Counted from the stretch's first letter, positions 1 through 13,835 are shown. The stretch is 64,000 nucleotides of DNA from Octopus vulgaris (GCA_951406725.2 OX597817.1:51708001-51772000), one strand, 5' to 3'. Translations and numbers: made by a program. The notes: a model not told the origin generated them from the letters alone.

Positions 1-379
1 CGAAAAATATTTCATTCACAGCTTGAAGCTTATAAAAAAGGTTTCGCTAATCGAAATACTTGGACAATAATCTCGAAGCAGCTGTGTCATCATAAATCAT
101 AAAAGCGAAAATCTGAAAACGGGGCGATATACGCTGTTATACGTTTCAGAGGCAATTAGGTTCCGGGTCATGTTTTTAAGAATATAATTCTAATCGACGT
201 GAATTGTGTTTACACACACACAAGCACAAACATGCACTAACACACATATACACATATTCACAAGCTTAGACGCTATCGTGAGTGTGTGTGTACAAACACA
301 CACACACACACATACTCGTACATATATAAACATTCATTCAGATACAGGTAGGCATATATATATAAATATATATATTGTA

Positions 380-785
380 GGCGTAGGAGTGACTGAGTGT
401 TAAGTAGCTTGCTTACCAACCACATGGTTCCGGGTTCAGTCCCACTGAGTGGCACCTTGGGCAAGTGTCTTCTACTATAGTCTCAGGCCGACCAAAGCCT
501 TGTGAGTGGATTTGGTAGACGGAAACTGAAAAGAAGCCCGTCGTATATATGTATATATATATATGTATGTGTGTGTATAGGTTTGGGTGTCTGTGTTTGT
601 TCCCCCAACATCGCTTGACAACCGATGCTGGTGTGTTTACGCCCCCGTAACTTAGCGGTTCGGCAAAGGAGACCGATAGAGTAAGTACCAGGCTTACAAA
701 GAATAAGTCCTGGGGTCGATTTGCTCGACTAAAGGCGGTGCTCAAGCATGGCCACAGTCAAATGACTGAAACAAGTGAAAAAAAA
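380..785 (+). mobile_element. tRNA-derived SINE family A (full length)
   Basis: tRNA-like head with B-box-like GGTTCAGTCCC, body GCCTTGTGAGTGGATTTGGTAGACGGAAACTG, internal (TA)/(TG) microsatellite, tail GGCGGTGCTCAAGCATGGCCACAGTCAAATGACTGAAAC; more than 15 related copies in window. Confidence 0.9.
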
Positions 786-801
786 TAAATAGATACATAA
801 A

Positions 802-828
<27 letters not shown>

Positions 829-832
<4 letters not shown>

Positions 833-962
833 AGAGGAATAGCCACCAAGGTGGGTTCCTAATGTGCTAGAAGAAGACGCCAAATCGCCTTACCACGAAG
901 AGTATTTGGCGTCTTCTTCAAGCATATTAGGAACTCACCTTGGTGGCGATTCCTCTTATATG
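829..962. repeat. Snap-back palindrome (about 55-bp arms) beside (TA)n
   Basis: TAAGAGGAATAGCCACCAAGGTGGGTTCCTAAT...GACGCCAAAT mirrored by ATTTGGCGTC...CCTTGGTGGCGATTCCTCTTA; related to the 40061-40271 palindrome. Confidence 0.85.
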
Positions 963-1397
963 TGTGTGTGTATATATATATATATCGTTAATCAAATATA
1001 TTCAATGAGAATTATTTCTTTAAAATTTCTAGCACATAATTGTACCAACACATAACTACGCCACTAACCTTTTAAGCAACATCTTTAAACAACATCTTTT
1101 TCATATATTTTTAAATAGCATTCGATTGACTACACAGAAATTCACCTTCTTTCTCTCGGACGAGTGGATGCATTACCTAATAATGATTATCAATTTTAGA
1201 TTCCATTTCGAAAGGTAATATATTCACGAAACGATCGTAAGATATTTTAAACTTTTAAACCTTTTAAATAATCATAATTTATATATTTATGCTTCTATCT
1301 GTTAATACAATATTATTTGGGACGTATATCTTCTGTGATGATTTTTTGATGAAATTTTCTTGCTCTTATTTTATAATATATATTATATATATATCCA

Positions 1398-1795
1398 TAG
1401 GTGCAGGCACAGTTCTGAGAGTAAGAAGCTCGCTTTGCAATTACGTGATTTCGGGTTCAATCCCTCTGCACGGTTCCTCGAGTGGGCATCTTCTAATATA
1501 ACCCCGAGTGGCTCAGTGTCTTGTGTGTGAACTCGGTAGAAGGAAACCACGTGGAAGCTCATCCTATGAATGTGTGTGTGTGTGTTTGCGTGTGTGCTTG
1601 TGTATGTATGTGTGTGTGTTTGCTCGTTCTTCCGCAGTCATTTGAGAACCGGTGTTAGTTTGTTTACGTCCCCATATCTTAGCAGTTCGGTATAAGAGAA
1701 CGGTATGATAAATACAGGGTTCGGCCTGCTCGACGAAAACCCTTGAAGGCGACGTCCCGCAGTCTAATGGCTGAACAGATTCAAAAGCAAAAGGT
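1398..1795 (+). mobile_element. SINE family A, old diverged copy
   Basis: Same head/body/microsatellite/tail order with many substitutions. Confidence 0.7.
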
Positions 1796-2353
1796 ATATT
1801 CCTTGAGAATCAGCTGTTAAAACAACTACAAGCGTAAATATACTTCGAAAGCTCTGGGGTTAATTCAATGAAAAGAACAAATCCAATATCGTACGGCAAA
1901 AGCTTATGTTTAGATTAAAGATGATAAAACTTGTTCAAATTAATACATAATTATTAATTATAGAAAATAGAGAAAAACCTTTGATCTCAGAAGAATATTA
2001 ATAAAGATTTTAAGCTCAACGGGAATTTTGTGGAATTAATTGCAAATTAGAATGGTGCTACGTATGAAAGTATTTAATAATGCCGAAGATAATAAATGTT
2101 AAATAAAGGAAGAACTGAACGTAATTTATGTAAAAGGAAGATAGGGGGAGGGGTACATTTAATCTAAGGAAAAATGGCGGAACAAAAGTATGAATAAATA
2201 AATATAAATTTCGGGAGAGTGTGTGCAAAATTGGACATAATTGAGAAAAGTTAATTGTTTAAGAACCATACGTAAGACGTTATATCTGCATAATTATAAA
2301 GACATTAAAACAAATTGATATTGTGAATTTAAATAATGTGCACATACATCCTA

Positions 2354-2385
<32 letters not shown>

Positions 2386-2530
2386 CATACTTGGATCTAT
2401 ATATATATATATATATACATAAATAAATAAATGTATATACATGTATTTATGTCTATACATATATATACGCACATACATATGTATATATGCATATGCATAC
2501 ATATTGATATATATGCATAAATATGTATTA

Positions 2531-2562
<32 letters not shown>

Positions 2563-2794
2563 TTGTACGTATATATAGCTATATAATTATAGACAGAGAG
2601 AGCGAGTAAACGAGTGAGTGAGAGAGTGAGTGAGTGTTTACAAATATGTTCAGAGGGGTAGATAGAGTGATTAAAGTGTCATGGGCGTGGAGAGTATGAA
2701 AAATTGCAAGAAGAAATAAACTTTATAAAACAAAGTAGAACTAAAAGGGAGAAGAGAGAGAGGGGGAGGAGGGGGAGAGTATGGTAAGAAGGTA

Positions 2795-2863
<69 letters not shown>
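2795..2863. repeat. (GATA)n microsatellite
   Basis: Direct; similar tracts at 24660-24830, 44270-44545, 58730-58900, 60395-60475. Confidence 0.95.
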
Positions 2864-2864
<1 letters not shown>

Positions 2865-3327
2865 GAGGGGGCAATTAATTACAAGTGTATCATGGAAGAA
2901 TTTAAAGCGTATCATATCAAAAACGTTGTTTGTAAAACAATGACAAGGGTGTGATAAAGACGAGGATCGTCAATTGAAAAGGTCGTAAACAGTTCAAAAA
3001 GATAAAAACGAATGGCAAGTTTTCTTGAGACAAATAAATATATTCACCTGAAATGCAAACAGAAAAATAATTCATTATAGGTTAAGTAAAAATACAGACA
3101 CACTCACAAACGTGTTCACGGGTGTGTGTGTAAAATGTGTGTGTCTTAAGTTTATACAAAATGTGTGCGTGTAACGTGCGTCAGCGATTAACGTGTTTGT
3201 ATATAGATGCACACAAATATTGAAACACATACATGCATACACAAACAAAACATATATACACACATACATTCACAGAAATATACATTATACATACATATTC
3301 GCACACACACAAGCACACATACATATA

Positions 3328-3529
3328 TACGAGCTGAAAAGTTCCTGGCGTTGGGTAAAAGAAAATACAGGAGGATCAGTTAATTATGATTTTATTCAAC
3401 ATGTTCCCCTCTCAAATTCACATACTCATTGCAGCAGACCTACAGTTTTACTAAGCCCCGTAAAAGGACTCGGAAGGTTGGTGTACGCGATACCCTTAAA
3501 GCCAGGAACTTCTCAGCACCCACCTCGTA
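3328..3529 (-). mobile_element. mariner-derived MITE
   Basis: TIRs GCTGAAAAGTTCCTGGC / GCCAGGAACTTCTCAGC with TA ends; second copy in opposite orientation at 61546-61741. Confidence 0.75.
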
Positions 3530-3726
3530 TAAAGAAACACATTTATTAATGCTAAAATAATGAATATGTTTTCTTTTGAAATTTAATATACACCTCATTT
3601 TATATAATCACCAAGAAAATTGGTAAAAGTTAAAATGGTAACCCTAGCATTTATGCCATATTTGCAGATATTACCCAAGCTGGCAAAAGTATACCCACAA
3701 AGTTACCCGTCATATAATGACTGATA

Positions 3727-4136
3727 GGCTGTGTGGTAAATAGCTTGCTTACCAACCACATGGTTCCGGGTTCAGTCCCGCTGCGTGGTACCTTGGGCAA
3801 GCGTCTTCTACTATAGCCTCGGACCGACCAAAACCTTGTGAGTGGATTTGGTAGATGGAAACTGAAAGACACCCGTCGTTTATATGTATATGTATGTATA
3901 TACATATATATATGTATGTGTGTGTGTGTGTTTGTGTTTGTCCCCCCCCCCAAATATCGCTTGACAACCGATGCTGGTGTGTTTACGTCCCCGTAACTTA
4001 GCGGTTCGGCAAAAGAGACCGATAGAATAAGCACTGGACTTACAAAGAATAAGTCCCGGGGTCGATTTGCTCGACTAAAGGCGGTGATCCAGTATGGCCA
4101 CAGTCAAATGACTGAAACAAGTAAAAGAGTAAAAAA
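3727..4136 (+). mobile_element. SINE family A
   Basis: Near-identical to 380-785. Confidence 0.9.
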
Positions 4137-4378
4137 GTGAGTACATTGAATCGATAATGAGACGTATGACTGACAAGTGCAGGTTCGAATCGATAGAGAA
4201 ACAAATAAAATATCACGAGAAATTTGGGTATGTATATTTACTTTCTGAGATCAAATCCTACGCAGATTCACGATGCTTTTCCCTCTTCCAAGTTCGGCAA
4301 ATAAGTACGAATAATAAAATATACACCATTTACATTATTTACATTTGACGGATATTTGTCCTCATCTTCTTTGTTGTT

Positions 4379-4424
4379 AACATAACGTTTCGGTTGATAT
4401 ACCCTCCAGCCTTCTTCAGGTGTC
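4379..4424 (-). ncRNA. Minimal type I hammerhead ribozyme (slightly degenerate)
   Basis: gacac-CUGAAGA-A-GGCUG..CAACC-GAAACGUU-augtt; one mismatch each in helix I and II. Confidence 0.6.
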
Positions 4425-4460
4425 TTGCGGAAATTTCGAACCTGGGTTCTCATTCCTAAG

Positions 4461-4504
<44 letters not shown>

Positions 4505-4600
4505 GTTCAGGTCACTGCTTGGAATCGAACTCGGAATCTTGGCGTTAGTAGCCGGCACTCTTAACCACTACGCCATATGCCCATGGGCATATTTCCCCAG

Positions 4601-4646
4601 GATACCTGAAGAAGGCTGGAGAGTATATCAGCCGAAACGTTGTGTT
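4601..4646 (+). ncRNA. Minimal type I hammerhead ribozyme
   Basis: gatac-CUGAAGA-A-GGCUG gagaguauau CAGCC-GAAACGUU-gugtt. Confidence 0.7.
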
Positions 4647-4870
4647 GACAACAAACAAGATAAGGACAAATATCCGTCGAATGTAAATAATGTAAATAAT
4701 GTACATAATTCCTCATCTCTTAAATATAGAACTGAAAATATACACCAGTTGATTACTGGTGTTATTGTAACTGACTGAACACAAGAAACGGGTGTCCGAA
4801 GATTGCCACAGCTAATAATACAATAAAAGAACAGTACTTAATATCAGTACATTATTATTTCATTCGTTGG

Positions 4871-5590
4871 AGGCGGCGAGCAAGCAGAAGCGTTAGCACA
4901 CTCGACGAAATGCTGTTGAGAATTTCCTTCGCTTTTCTTTTTCTTTTCTTGTTTTTCTCTTTTTTACATCCTGCGTTCAATGCCGCCGACTTCGACTTTG
5001 CCTTTCATCCTTTCAGTGTCGATGAAATAAGTACCAGCTTTGTACTGGGGTCGATGTAATCACTAGCTCCCCTCTCCCTCAAAATTTCATCCTTTGTGCC
5101 TATAGTAGAAAGAATTATTCCATTTATGAAGGCGGCGAGCTGGCAGAAACGTTAGCGCGCCGGGCAAAATGCTTAGCCGTATTTCGTCTGTCGTTACGTT
5201 CTGAGTTCAAATTCCGTCGAGGTCGACTTTGCCTTTCATCCTTTCGGGGTCGATAAATTAAGTACCAGTTTCGCACCGGGGTCGATGTAATCGACTTAAT
5301 CCTTTTGTCTGTCCTTGTTTGTCCGCTCTATGTTTAGCCCCTTGTGGGAAATAAAGAATTATTTCATTTATAGAAGACGGCGAGCTGATAAAATCGTTAG
5401 CACATCGGACAAAAATGTTGAGCGGCATTTCTTCCGGCTTCATGCTCCGAGTTCAAATTCCGCCGAGGTTAACTTTAACTTTCATTCTTTAGATCTCAAT
5501 ACAATAAATTCCAATTGAGCACTGAAGTTGATAAAATCGATCAGCTCTCCTCTTGCACAAAATTTTTGTTCTTGCGCATGTGATAGAAAG
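4871..5590 (+). mobile_element. Three tandem copies of tRNA-derived SINE family B
   Basis: Heads GGCGGCGAGC(T/A) at about 4872, 5131, 5377; B box GAGTTCAAATTCC; body GTCGACTTTGCCTTTCATCCTTTCGGGGTCGATAAA; spacers resemble ATTATTTCATTT. Confidence 0.85.
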
Positions 5591-6339
5591 AATCGTTTCA
5601 TTTTTTAAGTCTTTGTGAGTTTTCTTCCATCTTGAACCAGGTGGTGGCAGGAACGCTACTAAGTCTGTTGTTATTATTGGCAGTAGATATTTTTTAAAAT
5701 ATACAATATAATGGTCTTGTCTTCTCTTTTAACTGCCACGGGATACGTAGTTATGAATGATCACCTAAATGGTGCGTTTCAACCAATTTAATTGAATTTT
5801 GAGCTTACAAAATAAAAAAAATTCCTCTGATCATGAAAGACCGTTCGTGAAATTACGCACTGTATGAACATTCCACAAATGTGTTCGTTGTTTAGTCATG
5901 CGTATTCCGCAGCGATGTTATCCAATTAACTACATAAAGATTCAATCTTTGTTTTAACTTGACAATCTAATTAAAATATTTTCAAAAAAATATTTCGAAA
6001 ATATCTCAATGTAACAACTGTCTGAATAGAAACTAATTTAAAATAATGATTCGAATTTACGGAATTTTATCATCGCAACCGGTACATACACTTTCGGAAC
6101 ACTTAGACCGATATTTTATTTTTTTGTATTTATTTAAAAGAATCTTCGGTAACATTTTAGATTTGTCAAATGCAAGAGGATATAATTTGTATGGTAATGA
6201 TGGCGATTAAAATACCATTAACTTCCTCTAACCGTTTCTAAGACATAACGACCGGATACATGTTTGAGTAACAAACGATGGAGTTAATTATATAGAGAAG
6301 ACTTGGCAGTTTTACTTCTGCGGTTCTTAGATGATATAA

Positions 6340-6750
6340 TATGGATTTCAAATTTTGGCACAAGGCCAGCAATTTCGAGGGAGGGGTAAATCGATTCGTC
6401 GACCCCAGTGTTCAACTGCAATTTATTTTCATCGATCTTGAAAGAAATAAATGGCAAAGTCGACCTCAACGAAATTTGAACTCAGAACGTAAAGACGGCT
6501 GATTACCCGACGTGTTAACGATTCTGCCAGCTCACTGCTTTTAGATGCCTTAATATTGATTTAAAATTTTGACACAAGGCTTGCAATTTCGGGGGAGAGG
6601 CTAAGTCGATTGCATCGACCCCAGTGTTCGGTTGGTACTTATTTTATCGACCAGAAAAAAATGAAACGCAAAGTCGACCTTGGTGGAATTTGAACACAGA
6701 ACAAAAAAACGGACAAAATGCTTCTAAGTATTTTGCCCGGCGTGCTAACG
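6340..6750 (-). mobile_element. Two diverged SINE B-related copies
   Basis: Reverse complement of the family B body twice in tandem. Confidence 0.75.
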
Positions 6751-7576
6751 GTGTACAACACATCCCTAGTCTGGTCAATACAATAACAGCGATATCATCA
6801 TATATGCGCACGTGAACAATTCCCTTTGGTTTCAAGTAAAATGAAGAGATACGGTATTTTTATAGTTGTTCAATTGTCACATAAGACCAAGTGTAAGCTT
6901 AAACTCGTACAATGCCAAAAACAAAATGGCAGCCAAAGATACAAAAATGAGCGGCAAAATATCATTCACAACGTATTGTAGATAAAAAAATGATTCGTAC
7001 AATAATGAACGTAATTAAACTTTACTACATGCGATAAAAAATATATCTAAAAGGCATTAAATTATGAATAGAAGCAAAATCAGAATAATCTTGAAAGCAG
7101 GATTATATATAACTTATTTAAATGGATAAAATAGAATTTAAGAAAAACAGTAAAACTTTACATTAATTTATTGCAGTATTTGGCACTACAACTTATCGGG
7201 TTTGATAAGAAGTGACACTTAGCGTCGAATTTATCTCCTGTTTTTACCCCCCGGAGGGTGTCAATGGAATTCATACTTCCCAATATAAGGTTGTTGTCGT
7301 GGTGGAGATGTTGGGACTGGATAAAATCCAGTTGATAAGAATTTAGTGTTTTCGTCGCGAAAACTTAAATCGTTCTCGATTAAGCAAACGAATGTCTGTC
7401 CACATACACCGAACACAATACTGATGACGGGTGTCAATTATAATTATCGATTCTTCGTAAAAAGCCATATCTTGTAAGACGAGGTCGATAACAAACAATT
7501 TCTGTTAACATCAATTTGATCATAAGTAAATATTACTTCAGCCAAATAGTCAAATAGTTCATTTCTACCATGTATC

Positions 7577-7632
<56 letters not shown>

Positions 7633-7759
7633 TGTGTATGTTATAATTTAGGTCATCTAAGAGATACGACCACGCTGGAAATAGCAGTCAAAACCTGACT
7701 CAAAAGCGACATTAAATGTTCATTCAGCACAAGGAGAGAATACAAAAGGACAAAATAAA

Positions 7760-8176
7760 CTCTTACTCTTTTACTTGTTTCAGTCATTTGACTGCGGCCA
7801 TGCTGGAGCACCGCCTTTAGTTGAGCAAATCGACCCCGGAACTTATTTTTCGTAAGCCCACTACTTATTCTATCGGTCTATTTTGACGAACCGCTAAGTG
7901 ACGGGGACGTAAACACACCAGCATCAGTTGTCAAGCAATGCTAGTGGGACAAACACAGACACACAAACACACACAAACAAACACATATATACATATATAT
8001 ATATACACATATACGACAGGCTTCTTTCAGTTTCCGTCTACCAAATCCACTCACAAGGCATTGGTCGGCCCGGGGCTATAGCAGAAACACTTGCCCAAGG
8101 TGCCACGCAGGGGGACTGAACCCGGAACCATGTGGTTGGTTAGCAAGCTACTTACCACACAGCCACTCCTGCGCCT
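7760..8176 (-). mobile_element. SINE family A
   Basis: Full reverse-complement copy. Confidence 0.9.
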
Positions 8177-8409
8177 AGTAAGTAATTTTTTGTGTTAGGA
8201 ACTAATGAAGTAGGCAGCTGCAATTCCATTGCTGAACTCACATGTTACTAGTAGTGGTCACAGAGACCTGACACACATACAAACACACATATGCACACAC
8301 AGAAACACACACGTGTGTGTGTATTTGTGTGTATGTATGTGAGTGTGCCTGTTTGTGTGCCTATATGAGTGTGCCTGTTTGTGTGTGTGTTTTTGTGTGT
8401 ACAACAATG

Positions 8410-8638
8410 TTTCTTTAATACTCACAAGGGGATAAACACAGGGGGGACAAACAAGGACAGACAAACGGATTAAGTCGATTACATCGACCCCAGTGCGTAA
8501 CTGGTACTTAATTTATCGACCCCGAAAGGACGAAAGGCAAAGTTGACCTCGGCGGAATTTGAACTCAGAACGTAACGGCAGACGAAATACGGCTACGCAT
8601 TTCGCCCAGCGTGCTAACGATTGTGCCAGCTCGCTGCC
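8410..8638 (-). mobile_element. SINE family B
   Basis: Full reverse-complement copy. Confidence 0.9.
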
Positions 8639-9364
8639 ATATCACATAGGTAAAAAGGAGATATAATTATTCGCCAAGCTGCTAGGAATATCACGGCTGT
8701 TTAAAGGAATCAACTATTAAATATCATAACCTCGTTTCTTCCACAATTCTCCAAGGAACTGTGTAGTCAAAATTTTAAAACTCAGAAAGAGTCATCAAAT
8801 ATTGATACAGCTACACACCAGCATTAAAAATCATCATTTCCAAACATTTCCAAATGTTTCCCCTCCAGTCCAATATTTATTCAATGTCCAAAATCAAACA
8901 TGGTCTAGAAACAAAATACATTATGGCTTGTTATAAAGCGATAACAAGCGATTATAAGGCTAAATAGTTTTACTACCAAAAATTACATTACAGGGATACA
9001 GCTTACGATGGCAATAATCTTAAGTTATGAGGTTTAGAACAAATATTTGAGGCCTTAAAATTCCTTCAGATTAGATTTCCTTTGTATCTGCTAAGAGCAA
9101 TTCTTTTATATTTTCTACGTATTTATTTATTTATCTATTCATTATAGTAATAATATTTATTATTATTATCATTATTGTTATTATTACTATGGTCTTTTCA
9201 TGTAGGAAAAATCAAACAGTTCTGTAATATAATCTAGACTTGTTAAAGCTGTTTCGCTGTTATTGATGGTTACTGTATTGTTGTATTGTAGCAACCGCAA
9301 TAAAGGAAGTCATTTAAATGACAAAATCTACACGGTAAAGTATTTGACGATGTACGTATGCTAT

Positions 9365-9382
9365 TGTATATATTATATATTA

Positions 9383-9428
<46 letters not shown>

Positions 9429-9478
9429 TATATATATATTATATATGTATATATATATTAAATATATATATATATATA

Positions 9479-9525
<47 letters not shown>

Positions 9526-9668
9526 ATTATATATGTATATATATATTATATTATATATATATATTATATAGTATATATATATATATATATATATTATATA
9601 TGTATATATATATATATATATATAATATATATGTATATAATTATATATGTATATATATTATATATGTA

Positions 9669-9724
<56 letters not shown>

Positions 9725-9732
9725 TATATATG

Positions 9733-9764
<32 letters not shown>

Positions 9765-9786
9765 ATATGTATATATATTATATATG

Positions 9787-9819
<33 letters not shown>

Positions 9820-9876
9820 TATATATGTATATATATATTATATATGTATATATATATTATATATGTATATATATAT

Positions 9877-9913
<37 letters not shown>

Positions 9914-9915
9914 TA

Positions 9916-9955
<40 letters not shown>

Positions 9956-10054
9956 GTATATATATATATATATATATTATATGTATATATATATATTATA
10001 TATGTATATATATATATATATATATGTATATTATATATATATATATATTATATA

Positions 10055-10101
<47 letters not shown>

Positions 10102-10103
10102 AT

Positions 10104-10142
<39 letters not shown>

Positions 10143-10259
10143 ACACCTTTTTCTGTCTTATTCCTGTGCGTTAAATATGCGTGCGTACGCGTCAGTAGAT
10201 TTTTAATTAGATATGTTAGGTATATTTATACAGTGAGATACACAAATATTTATACGAAT

Positions 10260-10303
<44 letters not shown>

Positions 10304-10480
10304 ATGTATATGTATATATGCATATGTATATATATATATACATATATATATTTATATATATATGCATGTATGTATATATGTATATATATATATATATATA
10401 TGCATGTATGTATATATATATATGCATATATATATATATATATATTTATGTATGTATATATATATATATATTTATGTTTT

Positions 10481-10521
<41 letters not shown>

Positions 10522-10570
10522 GCATATATATATATATACATACATGCATATATATATATATATACAGATA
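9365..10570. repeat. About 1.2-kb compound (TA)n microsatellite
   Basis: Direct. Confidence 0.95.
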
Positions 10571-11350
10571 TTTATGAACACACACATTAAATATATGAAT
10601 ATATGTGTGCATCTGTATCCGTATGTACATACATATCAATACATAGAAATATATTTATATACAGACACAAAAACACACACCAGGCATATACATACCTGCG
10701 CACTCAAACATTCCCCAAAACACACATACATACATACACACACGCATGCACATGCATAAAAAGAGAGAGTTGCAGATAGAGAGATGGAGAGGAAGCGGTG
10801 ATGGAAATACTTAAAGTATATCAATAAAGAAATCGGCATCAAATTGAAAAATTCTTAGAATCACAACGAGAAAACATTTCTCTTCGTTATCATTTGAACT
10901 GCGAGACGAAAACACACTCACATCCGAAATAACGGGAACTAAAACAGAAACAACAACAACAACATGCATTTAATCTACGAAAACGCCTTGCTATGAATAT
11001 ATAGATACTAAATTCCCTTACTAGTTAATCTAGAATATCTTTCATGAAAATGAAAGCCATTCATTTTACTGGCTTTGCTTCTATATCAATATTATTTCAG
11101 AAATGCCAGACTATCGGAATATACCCGATATGTTCAGACGATTGAGAAGCGTAAGTGGTTAAATCGATGCGGTATTGATCAACCTGCTTCTAGCTGTGTA
11201 TGTGTGTGGTTTTGTGACGTCCATGTAGTAACACATAGCTAACCTATTGTTGTTTCTGCCCTGTCTGAAAACATTGGACCTGCTGTTGTTCTTGGAGTTC
11301 ACGCGTTGCTATAAATCAGCCACAATACTAGAAGATCTATATTACGTAGG

Positions 11351-11401
<51 letters not shown>

Positions 11402-11407
<6 letters not shown>

Positions 11408-11454
11408 GATAAAAACCACTATTATGCAACTCCGATAGTGGTTTTATCTCTAAT
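11402..11454. repeat. Short snap-back palindrome abutting (TA)n
   Basis: ATTAGAGATAAAAACCACTAT / ATAGTGGTTTTATCTCTAAT. Confidence 0.75.
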
Positions 11455-11556
11455 TTATATTTTATATATTTATACTGAGAAATTTGATTTAATGCTAAAT
11501 TGAATTTTTCCCTGTAAGTTTGAAGTTATACTTCCTAATATATATATATATATATG

Positions 11557-11588
<32 letters not shown>

Positions 11589-11867
11589 TGTATGTATGTA
11601 TGTATGTATGTATGTATGCATGCATTATGTATATTGAAAGCGACCGTAAGAGACTGCGTGAAGAGAGAAAACGTCATCACACCCCTGCAGCTGTTTTTCG
11701 GGGCCACATTCAGTGCCCTTAGTGTCACGGGATCTCGTATCGACCTTGCCAGTTATGTCCGCTCCTCTGAAAAACAATGTGCTGGAGGTGGAGAAGGATG
11801 AATGACTTTGATCGACGCTGTCATCACCTTTGATAGGCTACCATAAGCAAGCCAGAAGTAAGCATAG

Positions 11868-11901
<34 letters not shown>

Positions 11902-12153
11902 CAAATGTGAGGATAAAATTCTTTCCGAAAAAAATATTTTCTCGAGAAAAATTTTATCAATGGCCGGCATATTAAAAAATACCTTTAACGGTTAAATTTA
12001 TAAACAATTCATAAATGAGGGCAAAGGAAAAAATTTCTAATGCCAAATATGCCGAAAAATTGGACATATTGTCCATTAACCATATAATTTTTTCACAATA
12101 CACACGCTACTCGAAAAAGGTCGACAGAAATTTCTAAAAAATTCCATTATTAC

Positions 12154-12212
12154 CATATCGGACCGATTTCAGAGTTAGATACTAAGAGCCCTCTCTTCGT
12201 CAGTGATACATG
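12154..12212 (-). ncRNA. Minimal hammerhead ribozyme
   Basis: guauca-CUGACGA-AGAG..CUCU-GAAAUCGGUC-cgauau; within a TA-flanked segment about 11900-12235. Confidence 0.6.
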
Positions 12213-12274
12213 TGGCAAAAGAAATAAATGAGATACTTACTCATATCCATGGATACTTACTCATACTCATACCC

Positions 12275-12304
<30 letters not shown>

Positions 12305-12306
<2 letters not shown>

Positions 12307-12886
12307 GAGAAGAAAATGGATATAATAACAATGGGAAACTCGTGGTTTACGCTGGCATGTCTTTAATTAAATAGATAACAAAGAAGGAAGAAGCAGAGAT
12401 GAGGGTAGCATTTACGATCGTTTCGATTTACTGGTTTAAGTAAATCTCTTCAGAATGCGAATATAGATAGATGCATCGGTTAGGAGCCGGTGTTGTAGGC
12501 GGTTGTTTTTGTGAGTATACGCCAGTTTAAGCTAAAATCTATTTTTTATCCTTAAGTTCCCAAATATATACACTTAACCCTGTTGAGTTAGCCTTATTCC
12601 TATTTCTGAAGCTGGATACACGCGTATTATATCTGAGAATCATTTGGTTCTTTGTTGCACCTATGTATGATTTCGTCTGGTTGTTTGTGCGGACGTTACA
12701 TTGGCAAACTACGCTATTTGTCTTACATCTATTTGAGAAATGGCACTTTATTCTATCCCTACAGCCGCATAAATAATTAGGTGTATGTACGTCCATGTTG
12801 TATTGTGGGGAGCAATTATTATTCAGGTCCGTACCTAAATTAGCAGGAGGCGTTGCGTTAGTGAGGGGCTTAGTAAATACATGCAC
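12305..12886 (-). mobile_element. Penelope-like element 3' remnant (GIY-YIG endonuclease + terminal repeat)
   Basis: ORF 12539-12886: CGCRDRIKC...SVVCQC...SYIGAT...STGLSVYIWELKD, homologous to the 30.3-30.6 kb domain; in-frame stop; hammerhead just downstream. Confidence 0.85.
12408..12458 (-). ncRNA. Minimal type I hammerhead ribozyme (canonical)
   Basis: gcauu-CUGAAGA-GAUUUAC..GUAAAUC-GAAACGAUCGUA-aaugc; perfect helices I and II, palindromic ACGAUCGU. Confidence 0.85.
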
Positions 12887-13669
12887 ACATACATATATTT
12901 AATATGTACGTGTATTCCAGCAATGGTATTCCCGTTTTTTACTTATCATAGACTAGCTTGCCCAATATATTATAAATCTATTTTTGTTTAATGCAGTAGT
13001 ATACGATTTTGAGTAACATCTGTTTACTATTTCTAGCAGGGCGTCATTATCTTATCTTGCGGCCATCTTACTTCTTCGTCGACTCTGACAGATGCAGTTT
13101 CCATCACACTGTATAGAAACTAAAGAGGTAATCATTCATTGCTTCTAGTAGGTGTAACACTATATAATGGATTAATATTTTGTTGGCTAGCATTATTCAA
13201 TTCAACAAACAGCTACTTACATAATAGAAACGCTGAACATTTAAACAAAATGACCGCCCAGAGTGTATTCTTTCTTCCCAGAAAAGAATACCTGATATAA
13301 GTTGAAATGAAAATTCTTTGCAACATATCCTGATTTCGTGAACGTTCACAATAATAGAGATACAGTATAATGAAGAAAGTGAAACCGAGTCTAAACCTCT
13401 CAGATGAATTCTACTCCAGGAAATTGGGGTAGATATTCTAGTCTTAACGGAAAACGCCATTTTAGGCACGTACTTAATGTCTCTGAAATGCATTTCGCAG
13501 ATTTATTACTAAAGCAACCCTAAAATATGTGATCACCACGAAAATATTTGTCCAGTTTATAATGGATATTAGTAGGATATCATGCTTTCTACTTTAAGCA
13601 TTAAGCCTTGAATATTCGGGAAGTGTGTGGGTGAATTAATTTATCATAGTACTCCACACAGAAGCCCCG

Positions 13670-13830
13670 TCACTTAGTGGTTAGAGGTGCTGCACGCAAG
13701 ATCGTGGTTTCGATCCCCGAACTGGGCGGTTCATTGTTATCTTGAGCAAAACACTTCATTTCATGTTGCTCCGATTCACACAGCTCTAAATGAGTAACCC
13801 TACGACTGACCGTCGTTCCATTCAGGGTGG
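13670..13830 (+). mobile_element. tRNA-derived SINE family D (partial)
   Basis: TTAGTGGTTAG, GTGGTTTCGATCCC, CTTGAGCAAAACACTT; related to 16068-16290. Confidence 0.7.
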
Positions 13831-13835
13831 AGGTT

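Larger units (their letters stand above)
4327..4735 (-). mobile_element. tRNA-headed hammerhead element with inverted second arm
   Basis: Minus strand: A box TGGCGTAGTGG, B box GAGTTCGATTCC (4505-4576), (AAT)n, then hammerhead; 4592-4700 is an inverted copy of 4327-4432; same layout at 13836-14100. Confidence 0.75.

Noticed and set aside
4505-4576. Genuine tRNA genes at SINE heads
   Set aside because: A/B boxes present but no convincing full cloverleaf; always joined to repeat bodies.
7280-7345. Rab/Ras P-loop-like text YKVVVV/GDVGTG/KSS on plus strand
   Set aside because: Needs several frameshifts within 60 nt and has no downstream G-boxes.
9263-10842. Long I/Y/C/V-rich ORFs (also at 17.9, 27.1, 46.1, 52.3, 53.7, 61.1 kb)
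   Set aside because: Translations of (TA)n/(TACA)n microsatellites that lack stop codons.
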